Of a stretch of 64,000 nucleotides of DNA, positions 47,593 to 61,674 are shown piece by piece (positions within the stretch are counted from its first letter, which is position 1; each line of letters opens with the position of its first letter). Position numbers and translations under genes: made by a program. Origin of the DNA: Eledone cirrhosa (lineage: Eukaryota); contig CAXHJY010001233.1 of assembly GCA_964016885.1 (NCBI GenBank), forward strand, positions 62,001 through 126,000, given 5' to 3'. Under the pieces are notes generated by a model. That model worked only from the letters and a program-made list of their open reading frames with translations, made no database searches and was not told the DNA's origin.

Positions 47593-48934
47593 CTGTTCCA
47601 ATTTTAATCACATTGGTATCTAGTTACCATAGCAATTAAAATAGTAAACAAACAAACAATTTCTCGGCCGTTTTCAAGAAATCTATATGTCAGTATTATT
47701 TTGAGCAGAAAGGTTATCACTTCTTCTACTTTGGTTCCCATTGATTTGAGTGGTTGCCAAAATCACACCATGTAGGTCGGTTTCATGCCAACTTGGACAG
47801 CTGATCATCAACGAATCATCGCTTTATTCTGACCGAGTATTTATATGAGCAATAACAGCAACAACGAAAATCTAGGGCGAGTCCCTTATAAAAAGAGGTG
47901 AAATGCGCCGCCGCCCGACACCACAAGGTAGTGTGAGGGAAGGGATAGGAAGGGCACTGCGTGATGCACTAATTACCCCACCCCTCCACAGACAGACAGA
48001 CACACACAGACACATAGACACACACGTACTCATAGCCACACACACACACACGTTTCAATGGTGCACGTTCAGATCTAGAAAATAAACTTTATATAAAATA
48101 AAATTTTAAAAATCCCTTCTGAAATATATTTCTTGTGAATGAGTACCCAGCTTGAATGTTCTGAAGTTTCTCTGACCCCCACTAACGCCCGATCACAGAG
48201 AGACCTATAATTAAAGACATACAGACCGTGACCATCCAAGCTTTTATCAGACAGTTTATACAGGATTATATTATCCGATAACATGTCAAACCTTTTCTAT
48301 GACAGTAGCAGGGTGAGAGATTTACATCATTCAAATATACGTCCTATCTTTTCTATGACAGTAGTAGGGTGAGAGATTTAAGGGAAGTTTCACACTATTA
48401 TTTCATAGTATATCTAGGATTGCATCATTCAAATATACGTCCTATCTTTTCTATGACGGTAGTAGGGTGAGCGATTTAAGGGAAGTTTCACACAACTATT
48501 TCTAGAAGGTCGAGCGACTACATAGAGACTTTCTCATTAGTTCGTAATATAAAGAGACGTGTTAACGGCATTCCCGAATCTAACAAATTGGCAGTGAGCC
48601 TTATCAAAAGAATTGCGATAGTATTTCAGACGATAACGTACGAGACTATAGACTCCGTAATCTAGACTTGCAGAATCAATTATAATTTACATTCGTGATG
48701 TAAACAATTAAACACAAGCCTATCTCAAACTTTTAATCAGGGTGTGATATATCAATTAAGAGAAATTACACTACTGTAATGCATTCTTGTTTTAATTCGT
48801 AAATGGAAATAAATACAGCGATTTAACTGTCCTCATCCAATGGACTATTACAAAAGATATATTATAGGAACAATCCTTAGAATATCTTTAGTTTCCATAG
48901 AAATCTCTAAAGTTTAGAGTCTGTCTTAAGCTAG

Positions 48935-49197
48935 TAGGCTGGTCAGTCCGGTACTTATCCCGGTTTCGTGGCGTGAAGTGACTGAGAATACAAGACTCCC
49001 ACCTGGACATGACGCCAGTCCATTGCAGGGTTAAACCTCCAGATAATGCTGGTACTTATTCTCAGTTGAGTATACTGGAGTAATGTGAAATTAAATGTTT
49101 TGCTCAGGAACACAATACAACACAACACACAACCCAGCCCAGGAATCGAACCCACAACATTATGATCGCAACACCCTTACCGCTAAACCACGCGATT
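48935..49197 (-). mobile_element. tRNA-derived SINE, family C head with a third tail type
   Basis: Reverse B-box GGAATCGAACCC and core TTTGCTCAGGAACACAA. Confidence 0.7.
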
Positions 49198-50167
49198 CTA
49201 GAAACCTAGTTTAAAAAAATATATATTTTCCAAAATAATCGTAATGACTATTTCACGGGATTTAAACTGATAAACACGTGGGTTGTTAGGCTAAGTCTGT
49301 TTAAAGACTGACAAGTTTTATCCTTGAAATTTTGAAAGAGAGATCAAATATATTAAAAATTGTAGAGATTGAACAAGGAATATTTGGGGTGAAAGTTAAC
49401 AAACGGCTCAAACATATCAAAATGATGCAGATAATATCAGTTGTAGCTAATTAGCAAGAATAAATATGTAGCCAGAGAGACTACATCACATTAAAATATC
49501 AGTATCTATCAGATAACAACGCCAGATAGAATGTTTTGTGGTGTCTGTTTCAGCTTTCTGAGTTCAAATCCCGCCGAGGTCAACTTCGAGGTCGATAAAA
49601 TAAAGTACCAGTTAAGTACTGGGGGTTGATTCTGCCTCTATATCTCTTTCTCACTTCCATGTACTATAACGTGGACCTATATCAATATCTTGGTAGTCCA
49701 TGGCTGTGTACATATAGCTACATAATGTACCAGTCTAATACTGGGGTCGATTCTTCTTCTATATCTCTTTCTCACCTCCATTCTCTGCAGGATTTGAAAA
49801 GTCCTAGAAACGCCGTATACCAACATGGCGCCGCTACGACTCCGCCGCCGGGATTTACAGGACCATGCATACATCAGATAATACTCCAAGACAATTTGGT
49901 GCCAATTTCTCAGTGCTGGTTAAAAGTGGTTCTATAAAACAAAATGAACAGATGAGATCTATAAAAAGAACGTTCTCGGCGAATTTGATCACAAAATTCC
50001 CCCAACTGGCAGTTCAAAATCTTATCGAAGAATCGATCATTATAATGTTTATACATTCGGAGTGGAATACAGTATCAGAACATAAGTCAGATATAACTTA
50101 ATACGCTATTTTTGTGGATTTTCGTATGAGCATGTGTGTGTGTGTGTGTGTTTAGTGGGTTTTCATA

Positions 50168-50244
<77 letters not shown>

Positions 50245-50245
<1 letters not shown>

Positions 50246-50405
50246 TGGCAGATTGGCAGTAATCGATAGAGTGTCCGACAAACTGCTTTGCGGTATATAG
50301 TTACGTCCTTTTACATTCTGAGTGCAAATCCCGCCGAGGTTAGCTCTGCTTTTTATGTTTACGGGGTCAACCAAAACAATACCAGTAATGCATTGGGGGT
50401 AGATT
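50245..50405 (+). mobile_element. SINE family A, degenerate
   Basis: Direct similarity. Confidence 0.75.
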
Positions 50406-51370
50406 TCAAGCGTATTTCTTTCATTTTCTCGATTATGGAGAGGATGAAGGGCATCGCCAAAAGTAGTTTTCAAGGCCTCCAAGATTAACGGGGCCAGTGA
50501 GAAGAAGAAACTACAATTCTTGTGTCATCCTCAGATAGAAAATCAGGTCCAAATGTTTGCAACAGAATTGGTTCTTCTCAATGAACCCAAAGAATAAGTG
50601 GAGATATTAAACCGAGTAGCAGATCAGGACTGTCATACGACGGGCTTCTGCACAGTTTCCATCTACCAAATTCCACTGAAAAGGACTGGATGGAGCAGAG
50701 GCTATAATAGTAGGCGATTCTCCAAGTTGCAGCGATGTGAAATCAAATAGCGGAAACACGTGATTGAGAAGCGGACGTGTTAAACCACAAAGCAATGGTT
50801 TCCACCCACAATCGTATGCCTATATATATTCTTGTTGTTGCTGTTGTCGTCGTCTCTGGTGAGTGTATGGGTGGGCAATATAAGATCCCCACCACCACCA
50901 CCACCATCTCTGGAGACTGAAAAGTTGGGGAAACGCCGCTGCTCGCCGTAGTCACTCACCCCCCCCCCCCCCCCCCCTTCATCACTATCATTGCTTAGTG
51001 TATATATATATATATATATACGTGGGAGTTTCTTGTTGACGTGTGCTGCCCCCTGGTGAATTTCATTGCTCTATGTCTCTAACATTGCCATTTTGTGGTT
51101 GACAAAGGCGAAGTTGTGGGTTGACACTATAAGCTCGCTCTTTTTTTAAATTTTTATTTTTTTATTTTTTGGAGGGGGTGAACTGAAAGGTTGGAGAACG
51201 CCGCTACTCTGCCAACAAACCCCCAAGCCCACACACCACCCCACTCACCAACAGCCACCAACCCGCTTTTTAGCATTCAATTTAGTATTCGATTTGGCAT
51301 GCTATACTGCCAAACAAAATTACAAAATGTTCCTGATTTATTGTTTTACATATAGTTTTTTTTTTTTCGT

Positions 51371-51408
<38 letters not shown>

Positions 51409-51969
51409 GAAACAAAAATCTTTAAAATGATTGCTTAATTAATTCTTCGAAGAGAAATGTTTCGTGCAGTCGGAAAGGTCAGGTTGAAACGCCACCATTG
51501 ACAAAAGTTCCGTGCTGTCCAAAATGCCAGAAGATAAAACTCGACATTCATGCAATCTGTAACACAAAACAGTTTCAACAACATAAACACACAGGCAAGC
51601 TATGGCAGAGGAACAGATAGTAAGAGAGAATGGTGTCGTGTTGAGAGAGAGGGTGAAGGGGGGTGGAGGTAGAGACAAAGAGACTAAGAGGGAAGTAAGG
51701 GATAGGAGGGAGAGAATGAGGGAGGGGGAGTCACTAGAAACCTGTACTTAAAGATTGTATTATTTCCAATATATTTAGAGATTTAACTCTTTCTCTCTCT
51801 ATCTCTCTCATAGATATGTGTGTGTGAGGTGTGTGTGTGTGAGGTGTGTGTGTGTGATGTGTGTGTGTGATGTGTGTGTGTGAGGTGTGTGTGTGAGGTG
51901 TGTGAGGTGTGTACATTATATATATGAAGAGTAAGAGTGTAAAGGTAAGAGACACCAGCAGACAAATCG

Positions 51970-52007
<38 letters not shown>

Positions 52008-52083
52008 GAGAGAAAGGAAGAGAGGGGCAGAGAGAGAGGGAGTGAGAGAGGGAGTGAGAAAGGAAGAGAGAGAGAGAGAGAAA

Positions 52084-52139
<56 letters not shown>

Positions 52140-52305
52140 GAGAGAGGCGGAGAGAGAGGGGCGGAGAGAGAGAGAAAGCATTTCGATGATTGTAAGCTTT
52201 GGAGAAATCAATAATGCCAATAAATAAATAAATAAACGCCAGAAAAAAGTGTTCGATGACAAGAGTGTGCAAGAGTCTAAACGGAGAGTAATAATAATAA
52301 TAATA

Positions 52306-52712
52306 ATGGTTTCTGATTTAGGCACAAGGCCAGCAATTTGGGAGAAAGGGGAGGGAAGTCGATTAAATCGACTCCAGTGTATTACTGGTACTTTATTTTA
52401 TCGACCCCGTAAGGGTGAAAAGCAAAGTTAACCTCGGCGGGATTTGAACTCAAAACGTAAAGGGATCTGACTATATGCCACAAAGCATGTTGTCTGACAC
52501 TCCACCGATTATGCCATTAATGGGTTTCTACTATAGGTACAAGGCCAGCAATTACCCAGTACATTACTGGTACTTTATTTTATCGACCCCGTAAGGATGA
52601 AAGGCAAAGTTAACCTCGGCGGGATTTGAACTCAGAACGGCAAGGACCGTAACTCTATGCTGCAAAGCATGGTGTCCGACACTCTACCGATTTCGCCAAT
52701 CCACCACCCTAT
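52306..52712 (-). mobile_element. Two tandem SINE family A copies (long + short variant)
   Basis: About 52306-52516 and 52522-52710. Confidence 0.88.
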
Positions 52713-53154
52713 AATAATAATGATGATGATGCAGGTGAAATCACGTGTTATGTTCAGCTCACGTGACAGCTAGTCACTATCTATTGCAACAATATGCAAC
52801 GAAGCTAATTTGCAAGTGGAAATGCGATTCAGATATATTTATATTCATTGATTTTTATTGTTTCTTCTTTTCAGCGATATTCTAGACGACGGCAGCCATT
52901 GACAGAGACGGCAGTTTGAAGCAACATGGCGTCCAACTGATTGGTTTATGGAGAGAGAATTACTGGAGTCAGCTTGTAGAAATTGCATAACATCTTATTG
53001 TAATGCGATAACTGTTATGTACACACATACACACACACATATAAATACACACACAACCAAATATATATATACACGCACACACACATATATATATGTATAT
53101 ATAAATATACAAACACACACATATACACACACGCACAGAAACACACATTTATAT

Positions 53155-53253
53155 ATACGGTGTCCCAAAACTTGTATATACACTTTGATTACCTGTACAG
53201 GCAATATTCATTAGAATGCTGTTGAATAGTGTATACATTTATTGGGACACTAT
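53155..53253. mobile_element. Tc1/mariner-like ~100-bp MITE in TA context
   Basis: TA-CGGTGTCCCAAAA...TTGGGACACTA-TA. Relatives at 61826-61905 and 63070-63152. Confidence 0.7.
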
Positions 53254-53706
53254 ATATATATGCGAGGATAGAGAGACAGAGAGGGATAGAAAGAGAGGGG
53301 GTTAAAAAGAGAGAAGGGAGGGGGAGATAGAGAGAGATGGGGGAGGGGGAGATAGAAAGAGGGGGGATAGAGAGAGAGGGGGAGGGGGAGATGGGGAGAT
53401 AGAGAGAGAGAGGGAGGAGAGAACGAAAGAGAGGGGGGAGAACGAGAGAGGGGGAGAACGAGAGAGGGGGAGAACGAGAGAGGGGGGAGAACGAGAAAGA
53501 GAGAACGAGAGAGAGAGAGAGAACGAGAGAGAGCGGGGGAGGAGAGAGAGAGAGAGAACGAGAGAGAGGGGGGAGGACAGAGAGATTGTGTGAGGTAAAA
53601 CAGCGAGGCCAGTCTCTATTCAATACAAATAATTTCCACGATTGGAACACGTTGCTGTTTCACGGTGTGTATATATGCTAATGCGTGTATGTGTGTGTAT
53701 ATATAT

Positions 53707-53737
<31 letters not shown>

Positions 53738-53981
53738 CACATATTGCTGTACGACGCCATGATGTCTGTCGGCTCACATGTTTATTAGTCATTTAACTCC
53801 AGCCGATAGCGCAACGCAGAGACCAAAATCTACATATAAACACGTGCATATACATACATTTGCATTATATTTATATGTGCACATTATATATATATATATA
53901 ATGGCTATTTTAAAACCTGTACTTAAAGATATTATATATTACTTCCAGTGTCTTTAGACATTTAACTGCATATACATACAC

Positions 53982-54023
<42 letters not shown>

Positions 54024-54164
54024 GTGTATATATATATATATATATTATACATCATTTTTCTATCCGTCTGTTAGATTATTATACGTTAGTGTACCATGTA
54101 AAATCCGCACGAGTGTAAAAGGGGCGGAAACATCCTGTTGTAAGGTTTCTATTATTATTATTAT

Positions 54165-54450
54165 CGGCGGTGGAGGGTAGTGTATTGGCAGTATCGGTAG
54201 AGGGTCGGACGCCATGCTTTCCAGCATAGAGTTACGGCCCTTGCCATTCTGAGTTCAAATCCCGCCGAGGTTGACTTTGCCTTTCATCCTTACGGGGTCG
54301 ATAAAATAAAGTACCAGTAATGTACTGGATAATTGCTGGCCTTGTGCCAAATGTAGAAACAATTATTACTGAGCACAGTAGATTAGAAGTAATCGGTTGA
54401 GCGTCGGACACCATGCTTTGCGGCATAGAGTTACGTCCCTTTACATTCAC
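54165..54450 (+). mobile_element. SINE family A plus a second head fragment
   Basis: Direct similarity. Confidence 0.85.
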
Positions 54451-54553
54451 TCCAGCATAATAATAATAATAATTGTTTCTTTCAATGATAGAGAGTTAAT
54501 TGTTGATGTGTGAGATGAGTACAGATTATCATTGTTTGTAGAATGATATCGAT

Positions 54554-54625
<72 letters not shown>

Positions 54626-54731
54626 TAGACATCACACTACACTATGTGTGCATGTGCGTGTAGTTTCTCATTTCACAGAGAGAAAGAGAGAGGGCGAGAG
54701 AGAGAGAGAAAGAGAGAGGGCGAGAGATAGA

Positions 54732-54765
<34 letters not shown>

Positions 54766-54966
54766 TAGAGAGTCCTATCAGCATCAGTGTGGTCAATGAA
54801 CTGAATTAGATTCACAGAAAATGAAAGCAGGTTGCTGTGTCCGTTCATTGGAAGTGTGCTTATTGGTTTATGGAGTTACACCGTAATATAAGAGAGTGAA
54901 GCAACTATAATTCGGATCTAGCTGTCGAAACGGCCGGAGCTCAGCCGTCGGGCTCCTGAATCTTTT

Positions 54967-55006
<40 letters not shown>

Positions 55007-55011
<5 letters not shown>

Positions 55012-55557
55012 ACGGACTGGGTCTAAAGATACCGAGTGCCAGGAGATGAAGGGGTGCCAGGAGATGAAGGGGGCCCACCTACGTATAGAATGTTATCATT
55101 TAATTTTGATTTTGAAAGTAGGTTTATAATTATTAATTTTCATTATTCTTTTGTAGCAGTCTCGGTGGGCTAGTTGGCTGAATGATAGACGGCGGTGATG
55201 TTGGTTTGAGGTTCGATCCTGGTCGCGAGTAGGGTTCCCGGTAAACCTTTTCATAGAAAAAACTATGGGATGTAAAATAAAAACTGAAAAAGATTAAATG
55301 TACCTCTTGACCAGTATCTACCGCTAGGCCACCGAGACAACTACGAAAATCTTATTTTCAAAACAAAATGATGTGATGTCGTTGACCAAATGCTTTGTTT
55401 AATTGTTTTATTTATTTTCAAAACAATTTTATTCTTTCTCTTAGACTTCAGGTATTTTTTTTAATGCTAAGTATTGGCCCCTAAAATACTACAGAGGGCT
55501 CTGCAATGCTACCGTGATCCCCCTGGGGCCCACTTTCCATTGGCCAGTCCACCATTG
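55007..55557. mobile_element. hAT-like MITE containing an internal tRNA-like A/B-box module
   Basis: TIR CAATGACGGACTGG / CCAGTCCACCATTG, with TATATATA on both sides. Inner inverted repeat at 55150-55177 / 55321-55349. Confidence 0.7.
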
Positions 55558-56257
55558 TATATATATATATATAATCTCTCTCTCTCTGCGTTTTCAGTTT
55601 AAATCCTGCCGAGGTCAATTTTGGGGTTTCTCCAACAGAAGTTAGAAGGTCCTGGATTGGGTTGGGTATGTTTGTATATATGTGAGTACAAATATAACCC
55701 TGAAGACCAACACCAATGAAAGCGATGAAGGTTAACGAGGGAGGGGTTCCTGCAACAGGGGTGACAAGGCCCTGGTTTGAATAGGGTTGAATTATTAGCA
55801 GTGTATGTAATCTACGGTGGAATTCAACCGGACTGATATCATCACCCCCTAAATTCGGCTCAACTAAACCTTATCAGTTATTTTACGATTTGTCAGGGGC
55901 TCCAGTAATTCTTCTACCCCCCCCCCCCCCCACTATTTAAATAGTAATATTAAGATATAGAATAGAACAATTTCCCTTAACAACGAATAGCATTATCGCA
56001 TTCTCTCTCTCTCTCTCATATATACACATTCTCTCTCTCTCTCTCATATATACACACCTATCTCTCTCTCTCTCTCATATATACACATTCTCTCTCTCTC
56101 TCATATATACACATTCTCTCTCTCTCTCTCATATATATATACATTCTCTCTCTCTCTCTCTCATATATACACATTCTCTCACACTCTCTCTCATATATAT
56201 ACATTCTCTGTCTCTCTCTCATATATACACACAAGCACAATACACATTTTCTCCTTC

Positions 56258-56340
56258 CAGGCCCGTAACCAAGGGGATGCCAGGGGATGCCCGGCATCCC
56301 CTATCAAAAGCAAACTTAGTTTTGACATCCCCATCAAACA
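56258..56340 (+). mobile_element. hAT-like single terminal fragment
   Basis: CAGGCCCGTAACCAAGGGGATGCCAGGGGATGCCCGGCATCCCC. No partner end found. Confidence 0.4.
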
Positions 56341-56391
56341 AGATTTTATTTTTTAAAATTAACACAACAGGTAAAGGTAAAATAAAACATT

Positions 56392-56502
56392 AATTGTTTC
56401 TACTTTTTGGCACAAGGCCAGCAATTACCAGTGTATTACTGGTACTTTATTTTATCGACCCCGTAAGGATGAAAGGCAAAGTTAACCTCGGCGGGATTTG
56501 AC
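56392..56502 (-). mobile_element. SINE family A, 5'-truncated
   Basis: Direct similarity. Confidence 0.85.
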
Positions 56503-56582
56503 ACAAAATAAGCCTATATAAGACAATATCACAATATTATACACACCAGCACAATTACACACTATGGATGATTGACTGCCTT

Positions 56583-56702
56583 TCACACACACTACATATA
56601 CTACGGGTGGGTGACACCCTCACACACAATACATATACTACGGGTGGGTGACACCCTCACACACAATACATATACTACGGGTGGGTGACACCCTCACACA
56701 CA
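56583..56702. repeat. 37-bp tandem repeat, 3 copies
   Basis: CACACACAATACATATACTACGGGTGGGTGACACCCT. Confidence 0.85.
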
Positions 56703-57113
56703 AGCCCAATACACACAATGTGAACGAGTGACTCTATCTCACACACACACACACATACAGATCATCACAGACAGATTCACACACACACATACATACATAC
56801 AGCCCCACAGCCCCACACAGCAGCACACTACGCACTGTATATAGATGAATAAGGCAGTTCTTATCCTTCCATGATGAGTAATTAGTGTGAAAGCGTAAAT
56901 AATTTTATTAGAGCGGAACATACAAGTAAACTGGTCGGATGAAATTTCTTTGCTTGTTAATAATACAGCAGTTAGCACTTTTTACTGTCCCCCTCCCTAC
57001 ATTTTAGTCTGGGAATGTGTGTGTGTATGTATATATAGTGAAAAAATTGAACGGGAACAAAACAGAGAGGCAGTACGAACAAAGGTTTATTAGTTTCACG
57101 CTCTTGAGAGTGG

Positions 57114-57176
<63 letters not shown>

Positions 57177-57313
57177 GTTTTAACTTATATCATGACTGTT
57201 TCCTTTAATGTTTTATTGTTTTCCGGGATTTATCTTAACCTACAACACTTTCAACATATGGATTACATTGAGTTCTTCATGCACAATAGACCCCACAACT
57301 TACTGTGGATACC

Positions 57314-57369
<56 letters not shown>

Positions 57370-57374
<5 letters not shown>

Positions 57375-57540
57375 AGGCTTCTACGGGACTAGAACTGTTT
57401 CATTCCGGAGAAATCATCAGGAATTCTCCGGAATGAAACAGTTCTAGTCCTGTAGAAGCCATTTCTATATTAAATATTAATACTCTGCTATGTATTGAGT
57501 ACCTTACTTACTGTGGTTAATCCCAGTTGAACCCGGGATA
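57370..57540. mobile_element. Fold-back element family H3 with hammerhead remnants
   Basis: The minus arm has CTGATGA...GAAA. The plus arm lacks CTGATGA. Homologous to 63767-63960. Confidence 0.75.
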
Positions 57541-57543
57541 CAC

Positions 57544-57583
<40 letters not shown>

Positions 57584-58155
57584 GTTGCATAGACACACAG
57601 ACATGGCTATAAGTACGCACACACACACACACTCACAGCTATAAACACACACACTATGATGCATAGACACAGAAACACGGGCACAGCTGTAAGTACATAC
57701 AGACACGGCTACATACACACAGCTATAAGTACACACACACACAGCTATAAGTACACACACACACACACACAGCTATAAACACACACACACAGCTATAAAC
57801 ACACACACACGCCCAGCTAAAATATGTAAACGTAAGACTAAAAGAAAAGAGTTAAAAGTGGAGTATTGTTAAATAGTTGAGTTATCAGGATAATGTTGAA
57901 ATAAATAGCAAAGGATCGTGATAATGTTGGTGATGGTAATAGAAGGGATTGTATGAGAGGGTGAGGGTTGGGGGCGGCGGTGGTGGTGGTGGGGGGAGTG
58001 TATGTATGCATATGTTCATCCATGTATGTGAGTTTGTAAACGTGTGAGTGTTTGTGTGTGTGAGAGAGAGAGAGAGAGAGTGTGTGTGTATGAGAGATAG
58101 TGTGTGTGTGTGTGTGTAAGTATAATTGTGTGTGTATATACAAATACAAACATAC

Positions 58156-58194
<39 letters not shown>

Positions 58195-58652
58195 GTCGAT
58201 CCCTAAAGTACCCTCTGGGGCCGGAAGAATTTAGACAGAGGCACCTGCGGCGAACTCCACATCTCTGGAATGTCGGACAAGTGCTAAAGAGCCGCTAGTC
58301 ACCAATGTTTGGACATTGGTGATTGTCACAGACTAGAAGTCTTTTACTTCTGTTTCTTAACGATGGCGAAGAAAAAAGAAGAAAAAAAGAAAAAAAAACG
58401 AAGAAAAAAAAACAAGAAAAAGAAAAAAGTAGAAAAAAGAAAAAAGAAAGAAAAAAGAAAAAAGAAAAAAGAAAAAAGGACAAAAAGAAAAAAATGAAAA
58501 AAGAAAAAGCGAAGAAAAAGAGAAGAAAAAGAAAAAAAAAGAAAAAAGAAAAAAAGAAAAAAAAGAAAAAAAGAAAAAAAGAAAAAAGAAAAAAAAAAGA
58601 TAAAAAAAGATAAAAAGAAGAAAAAGATAAAAAGGAAAAAAAAGAAAAAAGT
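58195..58652 (+). mobile_element. Possible LINE 3' end with long A-rich (GAAAAA)n tail
   Basis: A GC-richer 170-bp block followed by an A/G tract at 58368-58650. Family not identified. Confidence 0.35.
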
Positions 58653-59037
58653 TAGAAGGTAGAATCAAAGCAGTTGAAATCGATATCAATATATTATTGA
58701 AACACGTTTTATTGAACCACGGAACAACATACTAGCTACACTGCCAAATCCCAGGTCACCGACCTGTTGTACATTACGTAGTACCAACAGTGAACGGCGA
58801 TGTGACCCGTCCCTTCCACCCTCCCCCTCTCTCTTCTTCGTTGCTTCATTCTCTTTACCTTTCTCTTCCCTTTTGTTTTATGTTACATTTCAATCTTCTC
58901 AATTTAACTAAATAAGGTTCCTCTACTCAAGACAATAATTGACTAAATATTAAATTCTTTATCTTTATGTCATTTTTATCCTAGGAATATATTTGAGTAT
59001 TTTGAAATAAAATACTTTACAAATTAAAAATAATAAT

Positions 59038-59735
59038 AATTGTTTCTACTTTAGGCACAAGGCCAGCAATTAATTACCCAGTACATTACTGGTACTTTAT
59101 TTTATCGACCCCCGTAAGGATGTAAGGCAAATTTAACCTCGGCGAGATTTGAACTCAGAATGGGTCAGCAAGGGCCGTAATATGATTTCATTTATTGGCC
59201 ACAAGGGACGACATATAGGGGACAATACAAAAGACTGGGACAGTGGGGGTTTACATATACAACGTGTAAACAATATAAATAACAAAGATAATAATAATAA
59301 TGGTTTCTGATTTAGGCACAAGGCCAGCAATTTAAAGGAGAGGGGAAAATCGATTAAATCGACTCTAGTGTATTACTGGTACTTTATTTTATCGACCCTA
59401 TAAAGATGAAAGGCTAAGTTAAATTCGGTGAGATTTGAACTGAGAACGTAAAGGACTCTGCTGAAAAACGATGTCCGTCGCTCTACCGATTCTAGCAATC
59501 CACCGTCATAATATAATAATAATAATGATTTCTAGTATAGGCACAAGGCCAATAATTTAGGGGGAGGGGAAAGTCGATTAAATCGAACCAGTGTATTACT
59601 GGTGCTTTATTTTATCCACCCCCGTAAGGATGAAAGGCAAAGTTAACCTCGGCGAGATGTGAACTCAGAACGTAAAGGGTCATAACTCTATGCCTTAAAG
59701 CAAGGTGTCCGACGCTCTACAGATTCTGCCAATCC
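59038..59735 (-). mobile_element. Stack of three SINE family A copies plus a LINE 3' UTR fragment in (AAT)n
   Basis: About 59038-59180, 59182-59290 (LINE end), 59300-59508 and 59527-59735. Confidence 0.85.
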
Positions 59736-60029
59736 ATAGTAATACAATATTGAACATTAAATAGATATCCAGTAGTCTGCATTCGTAAAACTGAAGTTGT
59801 ATGTATTAATCCGGTTGTGGTTTAAACGAGAGGCTCCACCGAGCTAACGAGAATGTCGCTACACGGCTGCTCGCTTCACTTGCAAGAAATTGCAGCTAAA
59901 TCCTATTGCACTGTATCAAGAATGGTTAAATCAGCAACTAGACTGAAGTTGCCATTTAAGGCATAACCATAAAGAAATTAAACTGAGAAGAGCGCTGAAC
60001 CCTCATCCGTTGATATACGACGGGAAAGT

Positions 60030-60086
<57 letters not shown>

Positions 60087-60118
60087 AAGCCGATATATAT
60101 ATATATATATATCCAAGC

Positions 60119-60155
<37 letters not shown>

Positions 60156-60399
60156 CATATATAGTGTCTCTGCGTTCGTTTCTCAGCTTTTGTTTACACC
60201 AGTGTAAAAAAAAAAACCAATGTTGCCATTTAATACTGTGTCCTTTCACTTAGTGATTCGACAAACAAAGATCGATAAAAATAAGTACCAGAATTCAGCA
60301 CAAGTGTTGAGTTCTTTCTATATAGTCAACTAAATCTTTGAAGGCGGTGCCCTATCATGCATGCCTCAATTTCCAAAGATTGAAACCAAAATTCCAAAA

Positions 60400-60460
<61 letters not shown>

Positions 60461-60680
60461 TTTATGTTTTGTGGTTCACAAATGGATAGAACTGGTCATA
60501 TTATGATGTAATATTAGCTAGTAGGTAAAGCACTCAACGTTATGCAACTCATCCATCGTTGATGTTGAATTCCGTGACTGGCGCAGGAACGGAGTTAAAT
60601 ACTAATTTGATTAAAATGTGTGTGTGTACATACAACACACATATATATATACACATACACACATATATATATATACGCAT

Positions 60681-60739
<59 letters not shown>

Positions 60740-60900
60740 AACTTTTATTTAAGAAGGTCGGGCTATGATATGAGAAAGAGTTCGTATTTATTTCTAGAAG
60801 ATCGTACGACCGCATTCACACTCGTTGTCTACAAACACGTGTTTAATACGTGCTATATATATATATACGATTATATGCATGCACCAATGCATATTAATAC

Positions 60901-60942
<42 letters not shown>

Positions 60943-61409
60943 ACACACAAGTAGACGGAGATCGAATGAAATCGGAGATTTTTTTCCCCCTATATCCAAC
61001 GTTTAGAAATCTCATGTAATAATGATATTTATGGTGGAAGCTTATGGTAAAATCACCGCTACTACTTATTACTACCACTACTACTACTACTACTGTTGCT
61101 ACTACTGTTACTACTACTACTAGTCTTATATGTACACACCCATTCATACTACTTACAGTTTACCGTTATTTATCTTTTAACAGTGTTATTTCCGCGGCCA
61201 TGCAATTATCTGGTCGCCGTATCGCTGTTCGTTTTGACACCAAACCACTTAAATACACACCCCTGCTTCTACAAATTCTTGCTGTTCCGTTTAAAATATA
61301 TATATGTATATATATATATCTCAAGCGTTAAATTAATATACTTCTTCCCTCTCCTGTGCCGTTTGTTTTATTATTTCTGTTTACTTTTTGCGCATACACA
61401 CACACATTA

Positions 61410-61453
<44 letters not shown>

Positions 61454-61456
<3 letters not shown>

Positions 61457-61642
61457 CGAAGGAAGTGTGGTAAGGAACCAGGTGGACCATAACACACCAG
61501 AGTACTCGATACTTTGGGTAGAAGAGTGGGTAATAGGAAATGGGTCAAGACCCCGACGGCAGAGCTCAAGCCGTCTCGACGGCTATTTCAGTCCAGAAAT
61601 AGCTATCGAAACGGCTTGAGCTCTGCCGTCGGGGTCCTAACC

Positions 61643-61650
<8 letters not shown>
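61454..61650. mobile_element. Fold-back element family H5
   Basis: Close match to 5021-5260 with a shorter centre. Confidence 0.8.

Positions 61651-61674
<24 letters not shown>

Noticed and set aside
58309-58689. Lys-rich / Phe-rich ORFs
   Set aside because: A-rich low-complexity tail.
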